Shown: positions 1-7,915 of the stretch, in pieces
How the letters are laid out: each line of letters begins with the position of its first letter
Numbering within the stretch: the first letter of the stretch is position 1
From: a virus
Lineage: Duplodnaviria; Caudoviricetes
Strand: one strand, 5' to 3'
IMG/VR virus record: IMGVR_UViG_3300017726_000004
Coordinates: 1 to 53,965 of that record
DNA length: 53,965 nucleotides
Made by a program: the position numbers and the translations under genes
The notes under the pieces: model-generated
What the model was told of the DNA's origin: nothing
What the model saw: only the letters and a program-made list of their open reading frames with translations
Databases searched by the model: none

Positions 1-2
1 AC

Positions 3-116
3 GGTAACGCTTGGGAAGGTCCTGCATCCGACATGCTCGACATGATTAACTCTGTGTATGAATTTGACGAATCGTTCCGACTTTCTAACAAAACCCAACT
101 GGAGACTTTTAAATGA
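3..116 (+). CDS. hypothetical protein, 5'-truncated by the window edge
   Basis: Open frame GNAWEGPASDMLD...LETFK ending TGA, overlapping the next ATG (ATGA). Confidence 0.5.
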   Translation, partial: GNAWEGPASDMLDMINSVYEFDESFRLSNKTQLETFK

Positions 117-253
117 GCCACGCTGAAGAAACCATGATGATTGATGACATCCTCGACCAAGACCCTACCATTCTGGAGGACTTGGAAAAAATTAATATTG
201 AAAAAGAACACGAACGCATCGGTGCTGAAGATAGAAAGGGAATGCTGGTATGA
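113..253 (+). CDS. small acidic hypothetical protein (46 aa)
   Basis: GGAG SD upstream; ATGA overlaps at both ends; MSHAEETMMIDDILDQ... Confidence 0.6.
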   Translation: MSHAEETMMIDDILDQDPTILEDLEKINIEKEHERIGAEDRKGMLV

Positions 254-474
254 GTGACTCACGAATGATTAACGACTGTCAAACACAATGGGAACAAGAC
301 GAGGATGCCACTATCACTCCTTTGTCCCCAGCGGAACAACCAAAGCCCCCGTTTGAGGTTCGTCTTGTGCGAACCATTGAACAACTGCGACGGGAGATGG
401 CTGAGGATCCTGAGTGCGACTGGACCGACCTCATTGAACGTATGGAAGGATACCTTAGGTCTGTGAGCGAATGA
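250..474 (+). CDS. hypothetical protein
   Basis: ORF track; translationally coupled to the upstream ORF. Confidence 0.7.
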   Translation: MSDSRMINDCQTQWEQDEDATITPLSPAEQPKPPFEVRLVRTIEQLRREMAEDPECDWTDLIERMEGYLRSVSE

Positions 475-484
475 ACAGTGCTAT

Positions 485-652
485 GGGACTCCTAGCGTCC
501 AAGATACTTGGGGGCTAGCAACATGAGACTCTAAAAATAATTCGGGTGGGACTCCTTAACGGGACTCCTACCTTTTCCAAAATTCTTTTTCCTACCCTAT
601 GGGACTCCTAGCGGGACTCCTATGGGACTCCTACCCCTTGACAGGGACTCCT
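485..652. repeat. array of 7 perfect direct GGGACTCCT repeats
   Basis: Copies start at 485, 548, 561, 601, 613, 624, 644; degenerate ATGAGACTCTA near 523. Confidence 0.95.
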
Positions 653-665
653 AGAAAGGTATAAT
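638..665 (+). promoter_or_regulatory. sigma70-type early promoter
   Basis: TTGACA(638)-16 nt-TATAAT(660); ATG follows 6 nt after the -10 box. Confidence 0.85.
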
Positions 666-671
666 CATTTC

Positions 672-1010
672 ATGAAAAAAGTTAAAACAAACAAACTCGT
701 CCGTGACAAAATCTGCAAGAATCTCGTTGATGAAGGTATCGCAGAATCTTGTCAATGCCATCCCGTGTTCGGCAGAGAATACCAAACTTACTTGTTCTCA
801 AAACTGATGGAAGAGTGTGCCGAAGTGATTGGTGCAAACACCGCTGAACAACGTGCCGAAGAGATTGCAGATGTTCGGGAAGTTCTCGACACCATTGCAC
901 AACTGGACGGTCTTGACCCTCACGTTGTGGAAAGGGCTCAGATTGACAAGTTTAGAGACAAGGGTGGTTTCACTCAAGGTCTTGTGATGACGGAGGTGAC
1001 TTACAAGTGA
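672..1010 (+). CDS. all-alpha NTP pyrophosphohydrolase (MazG/HisE-like superfamily)
   Basis: Motifs NKLVRDKI, KLxEExxE, EEIADVxEV and a C-terminal KGGF. Confidence 0.85.
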   Translation: MKKVKTNKLVRDKICKNLVDEGIAESCQCHPVFGREYQTYLFSKLMEECAEVIGANTAEQRAEEIADVREVLDTIAQLDGLDPHVVERAQIDKFRDKGGFTQGLVMTEVTYK

Positions 1011-1420
1011 ATGCTACTATGGATCCGGCAAAACTCTTCTATCAGGCAAAGATCAACACTGGGGATCTCATGAAGAAAGTGTTCAGAGAATACATTCGGA
1101 AAACATGGGAAGAGAATCCGAGTCAGTATCCCGGCAACAACGGGACTTACCGATTTGTTCTTGGCAAGCCTGACTCGGCAACTCTCGTCGAATTCTGGAT
1201 CGTTGGTGATGGGCAGCCAGAAGATGAGTTCACCACCACGACCTATGATTGGCTCGACACTCTGCTTGAGATTCAATCGTTGAGCCATGAGGATGATGTG
1301 ACCCACGAATTACTCGATGTGCCAAGTTTCGTAGGTCCTGCCATTCCTCTGCGGGATAAAGCCACAGCGGTGCAGACATGGAAGGAAATGACTTCCGTAG
1401 GGTATGAAAGATTTCTTTGA
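1007..1420 (+). CDS. hypothetical protein
   Basis: GTG start with GGAGG SD, overlaps the upstream stop. Confidence 0.7.
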   Translation: MNATMDPAKLFYQAKINTGDLMKKVFREYIRKTWEENPSQYPGNNGTYRFVLGKPDSATLVEFWIVGDGQPEDEFTTTTYDWLDTLLEIQSLSHEDDVTHELLDVPSFVGPAIPLRDKATAVQTWKEMTSVGYERFL

Positions 1421-1428
1421 TTTTCTTC

Positions 1429-1457
1429 TTGAAGCGGCTGGAAGACCGGAGTAAAAT
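1429..1457 (+). promoter_or_regulatory. sigma70-type promoter
   Basis: TTGAAG-17-TAAAAT; ATG 6 nt downstream. Confidence 0.55.
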
Positions 1458-1463
1458 ATACGC

Positions 1464-1949
1464 ATGATCAAACCGAAACAACCATATGATGACTTGATCT
1501 CCGATATGATGCGAGAGAATGTCAAGCGGTTTGAAAATCTCTATGAAAAGGAGTTTGAAAAAGTGACCGATGTCAAGTTCCCCGACCGAGTGACAAAGCG
1601 ACCGAGTGCCCGCATTCTTGACGATGATCAAATCAAAACTTACGAGTTCTATGTTCTCAATCACGGAGACGGGATGAAAGTCGAGATTCACCAACTGGAA
1701 CAACCATACTTGAGCCACAGGTCTCCCGACGAAAGTTCCACCTATCAATTTGTGGTTTCCAAAATCTTTCCGCACAGAGCCTACAGTCAGTTCATGACTC
1801 ATGAACAAGCGGTCGACTATTGGAAAACTCTTGTGAGTGGGGGTTGGAAACGAGGAGAGAATGTGAAACACAAAGTGCGAGGCAAGATTGCCTTGCGGCT
1901 GGCAGATGGGTATGACTGGAAAGAACACGAAGGGACTTACAACCGATGA
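1464..1949 (+). CDS. hypothetical protein
   Basis: ORF track; collinear with neighbours. Confidence 0.75.
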   Translation: MIKPKQPYDDLISDMMRENVKRFENLYEKEFEKVTDVKFPDRVTKRPSARILDDDQIKTYEFYVLNHGDGMKVEIHQLEQPYLSHRSPDESSTYQFVVSKIFPHRAYSQFMTHEQAVDYWKTLVSGGWKRGENVKHKVRGKIALRLADGYDWKEHEGTYNR

Positions 1950-2110
1950 ATATTGAAGAATTGAGAATGATTCAAGAATCTCTGCAAACTCGGCTTGACG
2001 AGCATGGTCCGACCATGCCCCTTGACGAAGCCGACAACATGTGGATTCTAATTCGCAAGATTGAAAACATGATCGAGATTGAGGAGCAAAACGATGAAGT
2101 CACTTTTTAA
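1946..2110 (+). CDS. small hypothetical protein (54 aa)
   Basis: MNIEELRMIQESLQTRLDE...; ATGA overlap. Confidence 0.6.
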   Translation: MNIEELRMIQESLQTRLDEHGPTMPLDEADNMWILIRKIENMIEIEEQNDEVTF

Positions 2111-2173
2111 AACAATTGGAAAGGTCTTATGGTTTGTTCTGAATCTAGGAAGGTGTGGGAAAGGTGAAGGAAC

Positions 2174-2356
2174 ATGAAAGATTGGAACACGGACATGATA
2201 TTTTCCGTCGCAATTGGAAAATCTTCTGGACAATGGGAAAAAGTTGTCTATAATGAACAGACAGCGGGACAAGCATTAAACATAGCCCGCACAGAACATC
2301 CTGATGCAGAGTTCGTTGCTCTCATCGACATCGAAACGAAAAAGGAAAGCCAATGA
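2174..2356 (+). CDS. hypothetical protein
   Basis: AAGGA SD; ORF track. Confidence 0.65.
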   Translation: MKDWNTDMIFSVAIGKSSGQWEKVVYNEQTAGQALNIARTEHPDAEFVALIDIETKKESQ

Positions 2357-2790
2357 CCCAAATGAAATTTTTTGATGATATCGAGACTGATCGTGATGCC
2401 GTCGTGGAATACAACGGCGAAGTGGGGCTTTATACTCTCCAGCGATTGCTCGATGGGCAACCCGTGTCAATGTCATCCGATGAAGCGTATCTGTCTCGTG
2501 AAGAGGCAGACGATGCTGCCGATCATTGGATCGAAGGCACTCCCGATCCGCACAGTCTGATGAATTTGCTGGTTGGTGCTTATGCCACGATTGCCCACTT
2601 TGTTGCCGGGGATGATCCTGATTCTGCCGCTGATTGGATCCTTGCGGATCTCCAAGATGAATTCCGAAACTGGAATCTTTGTGGCTTGCACAATCAGGCA
2701 CTTGCCGATCTTGAGGGATTCTACCTTGAGAACGGTTTCCCCGGTGACGAAGAAATTATCAAAGAAACAGTTGACAACGAATCTGAGTGA
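2353..2790 (+). CDS. acidic hypothetical protein
   Basis: ORF track; D/E-rich. Confidence 0.75.
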   Translation: MTQMKFFDDIETDRDAVVEYNGEVGLYTLQRLLDGQPVSMSSDEAYLSREEADDAADHWIEGTPDPHSLMNLLVGAYATIAHFVAGDDPDSAADWILADLQDEFRNWNLCGLHNQALADLEGFYLENGFPGDEEIIKETVDNESE

Positions 2791-2798
2791 GGTATAAT
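2771..2798 (+). promoter_or_regulatory. sigma70-type early promoter
   Basis: TTGACA-16-TATAAT; ATG at 2805, 6 nt downstream. Confidence 0.85.
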
Positions 2799-2804
2799 AC
2801 TTCC

Positions 2805-3125
2805 ATGCACGCAACAACAACAACTGAAATGTCCGACGAAATGTCTGGGTGTCTTGAAGTCGTTAATCAACTTGAAAAACTCATGGATTGCGAAGACTCC
2901 AAACTCTACCAATCCGCTCCGATCATGGGAGCAATTGCCGACAGTGTTGGTAATCGAGTCGCTGATCTTCTCGACCGTGAGGATGAAATGTTTGAGGATG
3001 AGATGGATGAGATTCTCGTTCTCGGAATTCGGACTACTGCCTTGTTGGAACGGCTAACTCGGATCGTTCAAGATGGCAACGATGGTGAATACAAGGAATC
3101 TTGGGAGGACACCTATGACGGTTGA
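2805..3125 (+). CDS. acidic hypothetical protein
   Basis: ORF track; start moved to the ATG just after the promoter. Confidence 0.7.
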   Translation: MHATTTTEMSDEMSGCLEVVNQLEKLMDCEDSKLYQSAPIMGAIADSVGNRVADLLDREDEMFEDEMDEILVLGIRTTALLERLTRIVQDGNDGEYKESWEDTYDG

Positions 3126-3315
3126 TTCTTTTTTGATGGATGAGAATGAGGAAGAAGCCTTGCTTTTTGCCGGGGATGAAAGTCACTATGACGATCCCGA
3201 TGATGAGGAGGATTACTTTGATCCAGACAATGAAGATTTTGACCCATACGATTTGGAAGATGATGTTCATGCTTCTGATTGGGTTCGTGGTTCTAACTGG
3301 AATGGAGATGTATGA
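3115..3315 (+). CDS. extremely acidic small protein (66 aa)
   Basis: GGAGGA SD; about 26 of 66 residues are D/E. Confidence 0.7.
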   Translation: MTVDSFLMDENEEEALLFAGDESHYDDPDDEEDYFDPDNEDFDPYDLEDDVHASDWVRGSNWNGDV

Positions 3316-3509
3316 TGCAAAAGGTGATTGATTCAGTCGAAGCAAAGAACGTTGCCGGAGAAAAGATTTCTGTGGTCGGTCTTGCGAAGGAATTCAATGA
3401 GCCGGTGAAGAAGATTCGAGAGTCGCTCGAATCTCATTATGGTGTGCGTGTTTCTTTCCGGCGTGGTCGAACGGGTGGTGTGGTCATTACCCCCGATGCG
3501 ACCGATTAA
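3312..3509 (+). CDS. small putative winged-HTH DNA-binding protein
   Basis: Helical N-terminus then a wing-like VSFRRGRTGGVVI motif. Confidence 0.5.
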   Translation: MMQKVIDSVEAKNVAGEKISVVGLAKEFNEPVKKIRESLESHYGVRVSFRRGRTGGVVITPDATD

Positions 3510-3514
3510 GTGTT

Positions 3515-3532
3515 TGGGGTCGAAAGGCCCCA
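3515..3532 (+). terminator. GC-rich hairpin with GAAA tetraloop (terminator or processing signal)
   Basis: TGGGGTC-GAAA-GGCCCCA just after the stop; no strong U tract. Confidence 0.45.
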
Positions 3533-3771
3533 TTCACTATTCAACTTATTATATTATTTAGGTAGATAGGAAAGCGTTTGTTGAAGCGGGTTGTTCGTTC
3601 TATGAGCCGAAGTGGATCTTCGTGGACCACGAGTATGAGGAGTTTGACGCTTTATCCGTTGCTCGGGCAATTGATGGATCATCCAAGTAGCATGCCGTTG
3701 AATGTGAAAAGATAGGAAGTTTCTTGTCTAACCGAAAGACGCAGCCGTAAGCGGAGATCGGCCCCGCACCC

Positions 3772-3844
3772 GAATTGGTAACTCAGTTGGTAGAGTAGCC
3801 GGCTTTTAACCGGCAAGTCGTGAGTTCGAGCCTCACCCAATTCA
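3772..3844 (+). tRNA. tRNA-Lys (anticodon TTT)
   Basis: Full cloverleaf: acceptor GAATTGG/CCAATTC, anticodon arm GCCGG-CTTTTAA-CCGGC, TTCGA T loop. Confidence 0.95.
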
Positions 3845-3895
3845 TTCTTAACCAAGCGAGATAGGACTCGCAGAAAGTATGAGGTATATTGAAAC

Positions 3896-4051
3896 ATGAC
3901 AAATTCTAATATTTCTAAACTGTGCTGGGTTTCAGCATTCGTGACCATCCCCATTTCGGTTGGTCTCTACTTTGCCCACAGCCACGATGCCGGCATTTTT
4001 GTCGGTCTGTGGGTGGCACCGATGATGATTTTGGCTGCCACTAATGATTGA
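3896..4051 (+). CDS. small membrane protein (51 aa)
   Basis: Two hydrophobic segments; GIFVGLWV motif. Confidence 0.6.
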   Translation: MTNSNISKLCWVSAFVTIPISVGLYFAHSHDAGIFVGLWVAPMMILAATND

Positions 4052-4153
4052 ATTGGGCACAGCATTTTGGCAGACGGTCAGTTTCTGCCTTTCTTGCATC
4101 ATCATCGGATTCGGAAGTTTTCTCTTTTATTACGAAAATTTTTACAATAAGGG

Positions 4154-4181
4154 TTGACTTCAATTCTGATTCTGGTATACT
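4154..4181 (+). promoter_or_regulatory. sigma70-type promoter
   Basis: TTGACT-16-TATACT. Confidence 0.7.
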
Positions 4182-4250
4182 GGGTTTTCACAAGCAGCGA
4201 GGTGCTGCAAAGTTCACAACGGGGTCAAATCCCCACTAGGAGTTTTTACT

Positions 4251-4493
4251 ATGTCTAATGCACTCAAAACCGTTCGTCCTCTCAAGAAGTTCGCAAACCG
4301 TTTCTCCGTCGAAGGCTTTAACGCTGGCCGTCCTGTTCACGTTATCGAGAACACCGATGCCCAAGGCACCGAGATCAATGTGATCTACCAGCGTGCTGAC
4401 GGATCTTGGCGGACCGCTCCCCGTGACGGCACTCTTCATGCCGCTATCGAGGGAATGTGGTTCCGCAAGCAAGGTGTGATGATCACCGGCTGA
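4251..4493 (+). CDS. hypothetical protein in a stand-alone transcription unit
   Basis: AGGAG SD; own promoter and terminator. Confidence 0.8.
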   Translation: MSNALKTVRPLKKFANRFSVEGFNAGRPVHVIENTDAQGTEINVIYQRADGSWRTAPRDGTLHAAIEGMWFRKQGVMITG

Positions 4494-4537
4494 TATTGCT
4501 TTCTGGTATCAGTCGAGTCAACACGACTTGGAAACAG

Positions 4538-4567
4538 CACCCCGGCTTCGGCTGGGGTGTTTTTTTT
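4538..4567 (+). terminator. intrinsic terminator
   Basis: CACCCCGGC-TTCG-GCTGGGGTG followed by a T run. Confidence 0.9.
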
Positions 4568-4603
4568 TATACATAGTTTTGTATTACTGAACAGGAGAAA
4601 CAA

Positions 4604-5341
4604 ATGGACGCATACGACCGCTTAACCGCAATCAATGAAGCACTTATTTCCATCGAAGAAAAAAAATCCTTGATGGGTAGACTCGCACGAGCCGCTCAGA
4701 CCATTGGTGCAACTGCCCGAAAAGCCACACGATCAGGAACAGTGTTTACACCCAGAGGGGCGCAAACAAGAAGTCGAACTGGAAGACTCCGAATGCCTAG
4801 AGATGTTATGGCAACCAACCAACCCAGCGAAACTTTAGGATTCAGTGGGAGTGTTAAGAAGAGAATTCGTGGTCAGATGCAATCGGTGAAACAAAAGGTG
4901 AAAAAAATCGGAGGAATTGTCACTAGAGGGAGTGGCGCCGGAAGTGCAGGAACTCTTGACATGGGCACAGGTCGAGCCAAAGAAATGATGAATGGTGCAA
5001 GAGACGCACTTGATGTTGGCTCTGCTGGTAACATTAACACACGAACAGGAAGAATAGGTCCTGACACACGAAGTAAAAAAGGTGAGCAACGAAGCACAGT
5101 CGTCGGAACCACAGACAAAATGACTCCGAGAGAAAAAGTCAAAGCATTGAAAAAAATGAGAAAAAATAGAGACGCTGCTGACTATAGTAGAGGACTGGGA
5201 GATACTTTTAAGAGAGATCAAAAAGAATTGGATGCGATGCCGTTCGGTAGTAAAATGACTAGACGAGATGCACAACGAGGAGCAACCAGAATCGAAATGT
5301 CGGGCCGCTCCAGATTACCGGGAGAACGAGGATACCGTTGA
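4604..5341 (+). CDS. very basic R/K/G-rich protein, possible internal head protein
   Basis: AGGAG SD; TATACATA late-promoter-like site at 4568; N-terminal segment ends in ..INE..IEE. Confidence 0.7.
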   Translation: MDAYDRLTAINEALISIEEKKSLMGRLARAAQTIGATARKATRSGTVFTPRGAQTRSRTGRLRMPRDVMATNQPSETLGFSGSVKKRIRGQMQSVKQKVKKIGGIVTRGSGAGSAGTLDMGTGRAKEMMNGARDALDVGSAGNINTRTGRIGPDTRSKKGEQRSTVVGTTDKMTPREKVKALKKMRKNRDAADYSRGLGDTFKRDQKELDAMPFGSKMTRRDAQRGATRIEMSGRSRLPGERGYR

Positions 5342-5538
5342 AAAATCCAAGATTCCCACGGCGTTTAGATTCTGACGGTGCTTATCGCAGACCAAAAGCC
5401 CGTTCGTGGTCTAATCTTCCAAGTCCACAACAAGAACGTAAACGAACGAACCAAAAGTTTCGTGACGCAGAGACAAAAAAACCCACAGGTGGCTGTGGGT
5501 GTCAAAAGGTTGCGAAAAAGAAAACTCGTAAGTGGTAA
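5338..5538 (+). CDS. small basic protein with GCGC motif
   Basis: TTG start overlapping the upstream stop. Confidence 0.5.
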   Translation: MKNPRFPRRLDSDGAYRRPKARSWSNLPSPQQERKRTNQKFRDAETKKPTGGCGCQKVAKKKTRKW

Positions 5539-5540
5539 AA

Positions 5541-5972
5541 TTAGAAGATTGAAACTTCCGGTTCGCTAAAGTCGTATCCAACGTAACTTCTAAAGCGTCG
5601 AGCGATTGATCGCTTCATTGTGTCAACTTGTTTCTGTTTCACCGCAGCATTGTCAGACAACCTGCCACTATCATGTGCCACTTGGAACGAGATACGGCGC
5701 TTTGCATGGTCGATTCTTCCTCTTGCAATCGGTTCGTGCATGTCATCCTCTGACTGGTGGTAAAAATTGTCCATGTCAGCATGATTGATGTGCTTTGGTT
5801 TTCGATTTGTCTTCTTTGCAAGATCATTTGCATTAGCCATGTGCATTTTGCCCGGCTCATGGAACAAATATAAGTCCGAAAACTGGGCATCGTCTTGATG
5901 TCCGATGTCAACGTAACTCATTTTTCGTGCCCTTGCTTCTTGAAGTGCTAAATAGTGCTGTAAACTAAGCAT
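5541..5972 (-). CDS. hypothetical protein, possible internal head protein
   Basis: CATAAATA late-promoter-like site at 6000-5993; N-terminus MLSLQHYLALQE. Confidence 0.7.
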   Translation of the reverse strand: MLSLQHYLALQEARARKMSYVDIGHQDDAQFSDLYLFHEPGKMHMANANDLAKKTNRKPKHINHADMDNFYHQSEDDMHEPIARGRIDHAKRRISFQVAHDSGRLSDNAAVKQKQVDTMKRSIARRFRSYVGYDFSEPEVSIF

Positions 5973-5997
5973 TTTTACCCCTTTCACGGAAATATTT

Positions 5998-6363
5998 ATG
6001 TTAAACTACACAAAACCTGAATTAGTGCAAGAACTTTCTGAAGGTGTTAAGAGAATTGTGTTTCGAGAGGTGACTTCCGGTGAAAAATCAGCGGATTTAG
6101 TGACTTTAAGACAAGATTTGGTGCCGGCAACAGAAATTTTGACGATGGTTCGCATGATTGAGCGTATGGAAGTGGTGCCGGACACCCGAGTTTACGCTTG
6201 GGACATCGTAAAAGGTAAATGGATGAGTTTTTACATGGAAACAGTCGATTCACTCGGTGAGGCAAGAACTTCAGATGACATTTCAGAGGAAGAACAAGAG
6301 GTTGACGAACAAACTCGCATCAAAAACCTGATAAAACTTGACAATGGAGAGCAACAACAGTAA
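5998..6363 (+). CDS. SH3-like (WYL_2/DUF2693-like) phage protein
   Basis: VF...TL..DLVP...VYAWDIVKGKWMSF pattern. Confidence 0.6.
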   Translation: MLNYTKPELVQELSEGVKRIVFREVTSGEKSADLVTLRQDLVPATEILTMVRMIERMEVVPDTRVYAWDIVKGKWMSFYMETVDSLGEARTSDDISEEEQEVDEQTRIKNLIKLDNGEQQQ

Positions 6364-6387
6364 ACTTTGCTTTCGTTAGGAGGTTTT

Positions 6388-6954
6388 ATGAACATATTTG
6401 TTCTTGATAACGATCCGATTGTTGCTGCTCAGTCGGTCTGTAACAAGCATGTGGTAAAAATGATACTTGAGTCGGGACAAATGCTGTCAACGGCTCACAG
6501 AGTGCTTGACGGGACGCAGTGGACAGACTATTCCAAGAACGGTCGCAAGATCAAACGTTGGAAAGTGGATGATGAACGTGAAGACTACCTTTGGAAAGCA
6601 TCATTCGTCGGACACCCATGCACAGTTTGGACAATGGTTAACGAAATTAATTACACTTGGCATTGGCAGCACGCTTATGCTCTCTGCAAAGAGTATACCG
6701 AGCGGTATGGTAAGGTTCACTCGTCGGAGGACTTGATTAAAAAGTTGCGCCGAGTTCCAGATGCACTGTCGGTGTCGCATCCACATTCCATGACAACCTT
6801 TGCCCAAGCGATGCCCGATAAATATAAAGTAAAAGATAATGCTGTTCAAGCGTATCGAAATTACTATAATGGTGAAAAAGGTTATTTTGCGAAGTGGCCG
6901 AATGGTAAAACTCCCGATTGGTGGGAACCGGTCCAGAATTTAATGACCGCATAG
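6388..6954 (+). CDS. pyrimidine-dimer DNA glycosylase (DenV-like)
   Basis: MNIFVLD..P..AAQ..C.KHVVKMILE..QMLST, HPCT.W, QAMPD.YK, AYRNYY; AGGAGG SD; promoter TTGACA(6338)-17-TAAACT. Confidence 0.85.
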   Translation: MNIFVLDNDPIVAAQSVCNKHVVKMILESGQMLSTAHRVLDGTQWTDYSKNGRKIKRWKVDDEREDYLWKASFVGHPCTVWTMVNEINYTWHWQHAYALCKEYTERYGKVHSSEDLIKKLRRVPDALSVSHPHSMTTFAQAMPDKYKVKDNAVQAYRNYYNGEKGYFAKWPNGKTPDWWEPVQNLMTA

Positions 6955-6963
6955 GAGATTATT

Positions 6964-7197
6964 ATGTTTAGAGACAAATACTTGGTTACATGTTTGCTTA
7001 TTGCAGGAATCGCTGTCGGTCTTATCGAAGATCGAATCGAATATACCCTTGTTTCTGCGGGGTTTTTGATCGGTATGCTCTTGTTTGAGCGTGTGCAGCG
7101 TGATAATGAGATTGGGAATGAAAATGTTCTCAGACATATTGATGATGAAGTTCGTGGTCTACAAAACTCGATTGATGATCTGTATCGTCAGTCATGA
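6964..7197 (+). CDS. small membrane protein with coiled C-terminus
   Basis: Two hydrophobic helices; AGGAG SD. Confidence 0.7.
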   Translation: MFRDKYLVTCLLIAGIAVGLIEDRIEYTLVSAGFLIGMLLFERVQRDNEIGNENVLRHIDDEVRGLQNSIDDLYRQS

Positions 7198-7649
7198 GTG
7201 AACCTGATTATCCAACCCAACCAAACTTTCAATCAGAAAGCACTGCTTCTGGCAAAGAGTTTGAAGATTTAGTGAATGAGGATTTGCTAAGTCGTGGGTA
7301 CACCATACTCGGCAACAATGTTAAAATACCTGAAGTTGGAATCAATGTAGATTACATTGCCGAAAAGGACGGTGTTGTCGAGTATGGTGAGGATAAAGGT
7401 GGTAAGTCGGGAAACAAAAAGCGTCCCGGCGCACAACGAACAGACAATGTGAAGAAAGCCATCTGTAACGGTGCTTTGTTGAAAACAAAATGTCCAAACG
7501 CAAACTATGTTATTTACTTTTCAGCAAAACCCAAAAAGGGGAAGTCCTCGGATCTCATGATTAACACTGCGATTGCCGCTGGTTATGTTGATGAGGTTCG
7601 ATACTTGGAGTATAGAGAAAATGATTCTTTGTCTTTTACTTTGGAATAG
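7194..7649 (+). CDS. PD-(D/E)XK restriction-endonuclease-like protein
   Basis: G..FE..V...L..RGY, VDYIA and E.KGG motifs. Confidence 0.7.
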   Translation: MSEPDYPTQPNFQSESTASGKEFEDLVNEDLLSRGYTILGNNVKIPEVGINVDYIAEKDGVVEYGEDKGGKSGNKKRPGAQRTDNVKKAICNGALLKTKCPNANYVIYFSAKPKKGKSSDLMINTAIAAGYVDEVRYLEYRENDSLSFTLE

Positions 7650-7687
7650 ATTAATGGTGGCAACTGATTGTCCAAAGATAGCGATAT

Positions 7688-7759
7688 GCCAACGTAGCAC
7701 AATGGTAGTGCAGTTCACTTGTAATGAACAGGTTGCTGGTTCGAGTCCAGTCGTTGGCT
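7688..7759 (+). tRNA. tRNA-Thr (anticodon TGT)
   Basis: Acceptor GCCAACG/CGTTGGC; anticodon arm GTTCA-CTTGTAA-TGAAC. Confidence 0.95.
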
Positions 7760-7771
7760 TTAGGGGGTAAC

Positions 7772-7915
7772 ATGGCAGGAAAAGGTGACGCATATAGAAA
7801 AGTTGATAAAAAGAAGTGGGATTCAAATTGGGATCTCGCTTTCGGTAAATCCAAAAAGAGCAAGTCTGAAGGCAAAAAGACCATAAATACCCGAAAGGGG
7901 AACAGGAATGCTTAA
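7772..7915 (+). CDS. small basic phage protein
   Basis: MAGKGDAYRKVDKKKWDSNWDLAFGK pattern; GGGGG SD. Confidence 0.65.
   Translation: MAGKGDAYRKVDKKKWDSNWDLAFGKSKKSKSEGKKTINTRKGNRNA

Noticed and set aside
485-652. CRISPR or mini-CRISPR array
   Set aside because: The repeat is only 9 nt and the gaps vary from 2 to 54 nt; no cas genes
3561-3771. tmRNA or RNase P RNA
   Set aside because: No tRNA-Ala-like ends with a T arm, no ALAA-type tag, and too short with no P4 consensus
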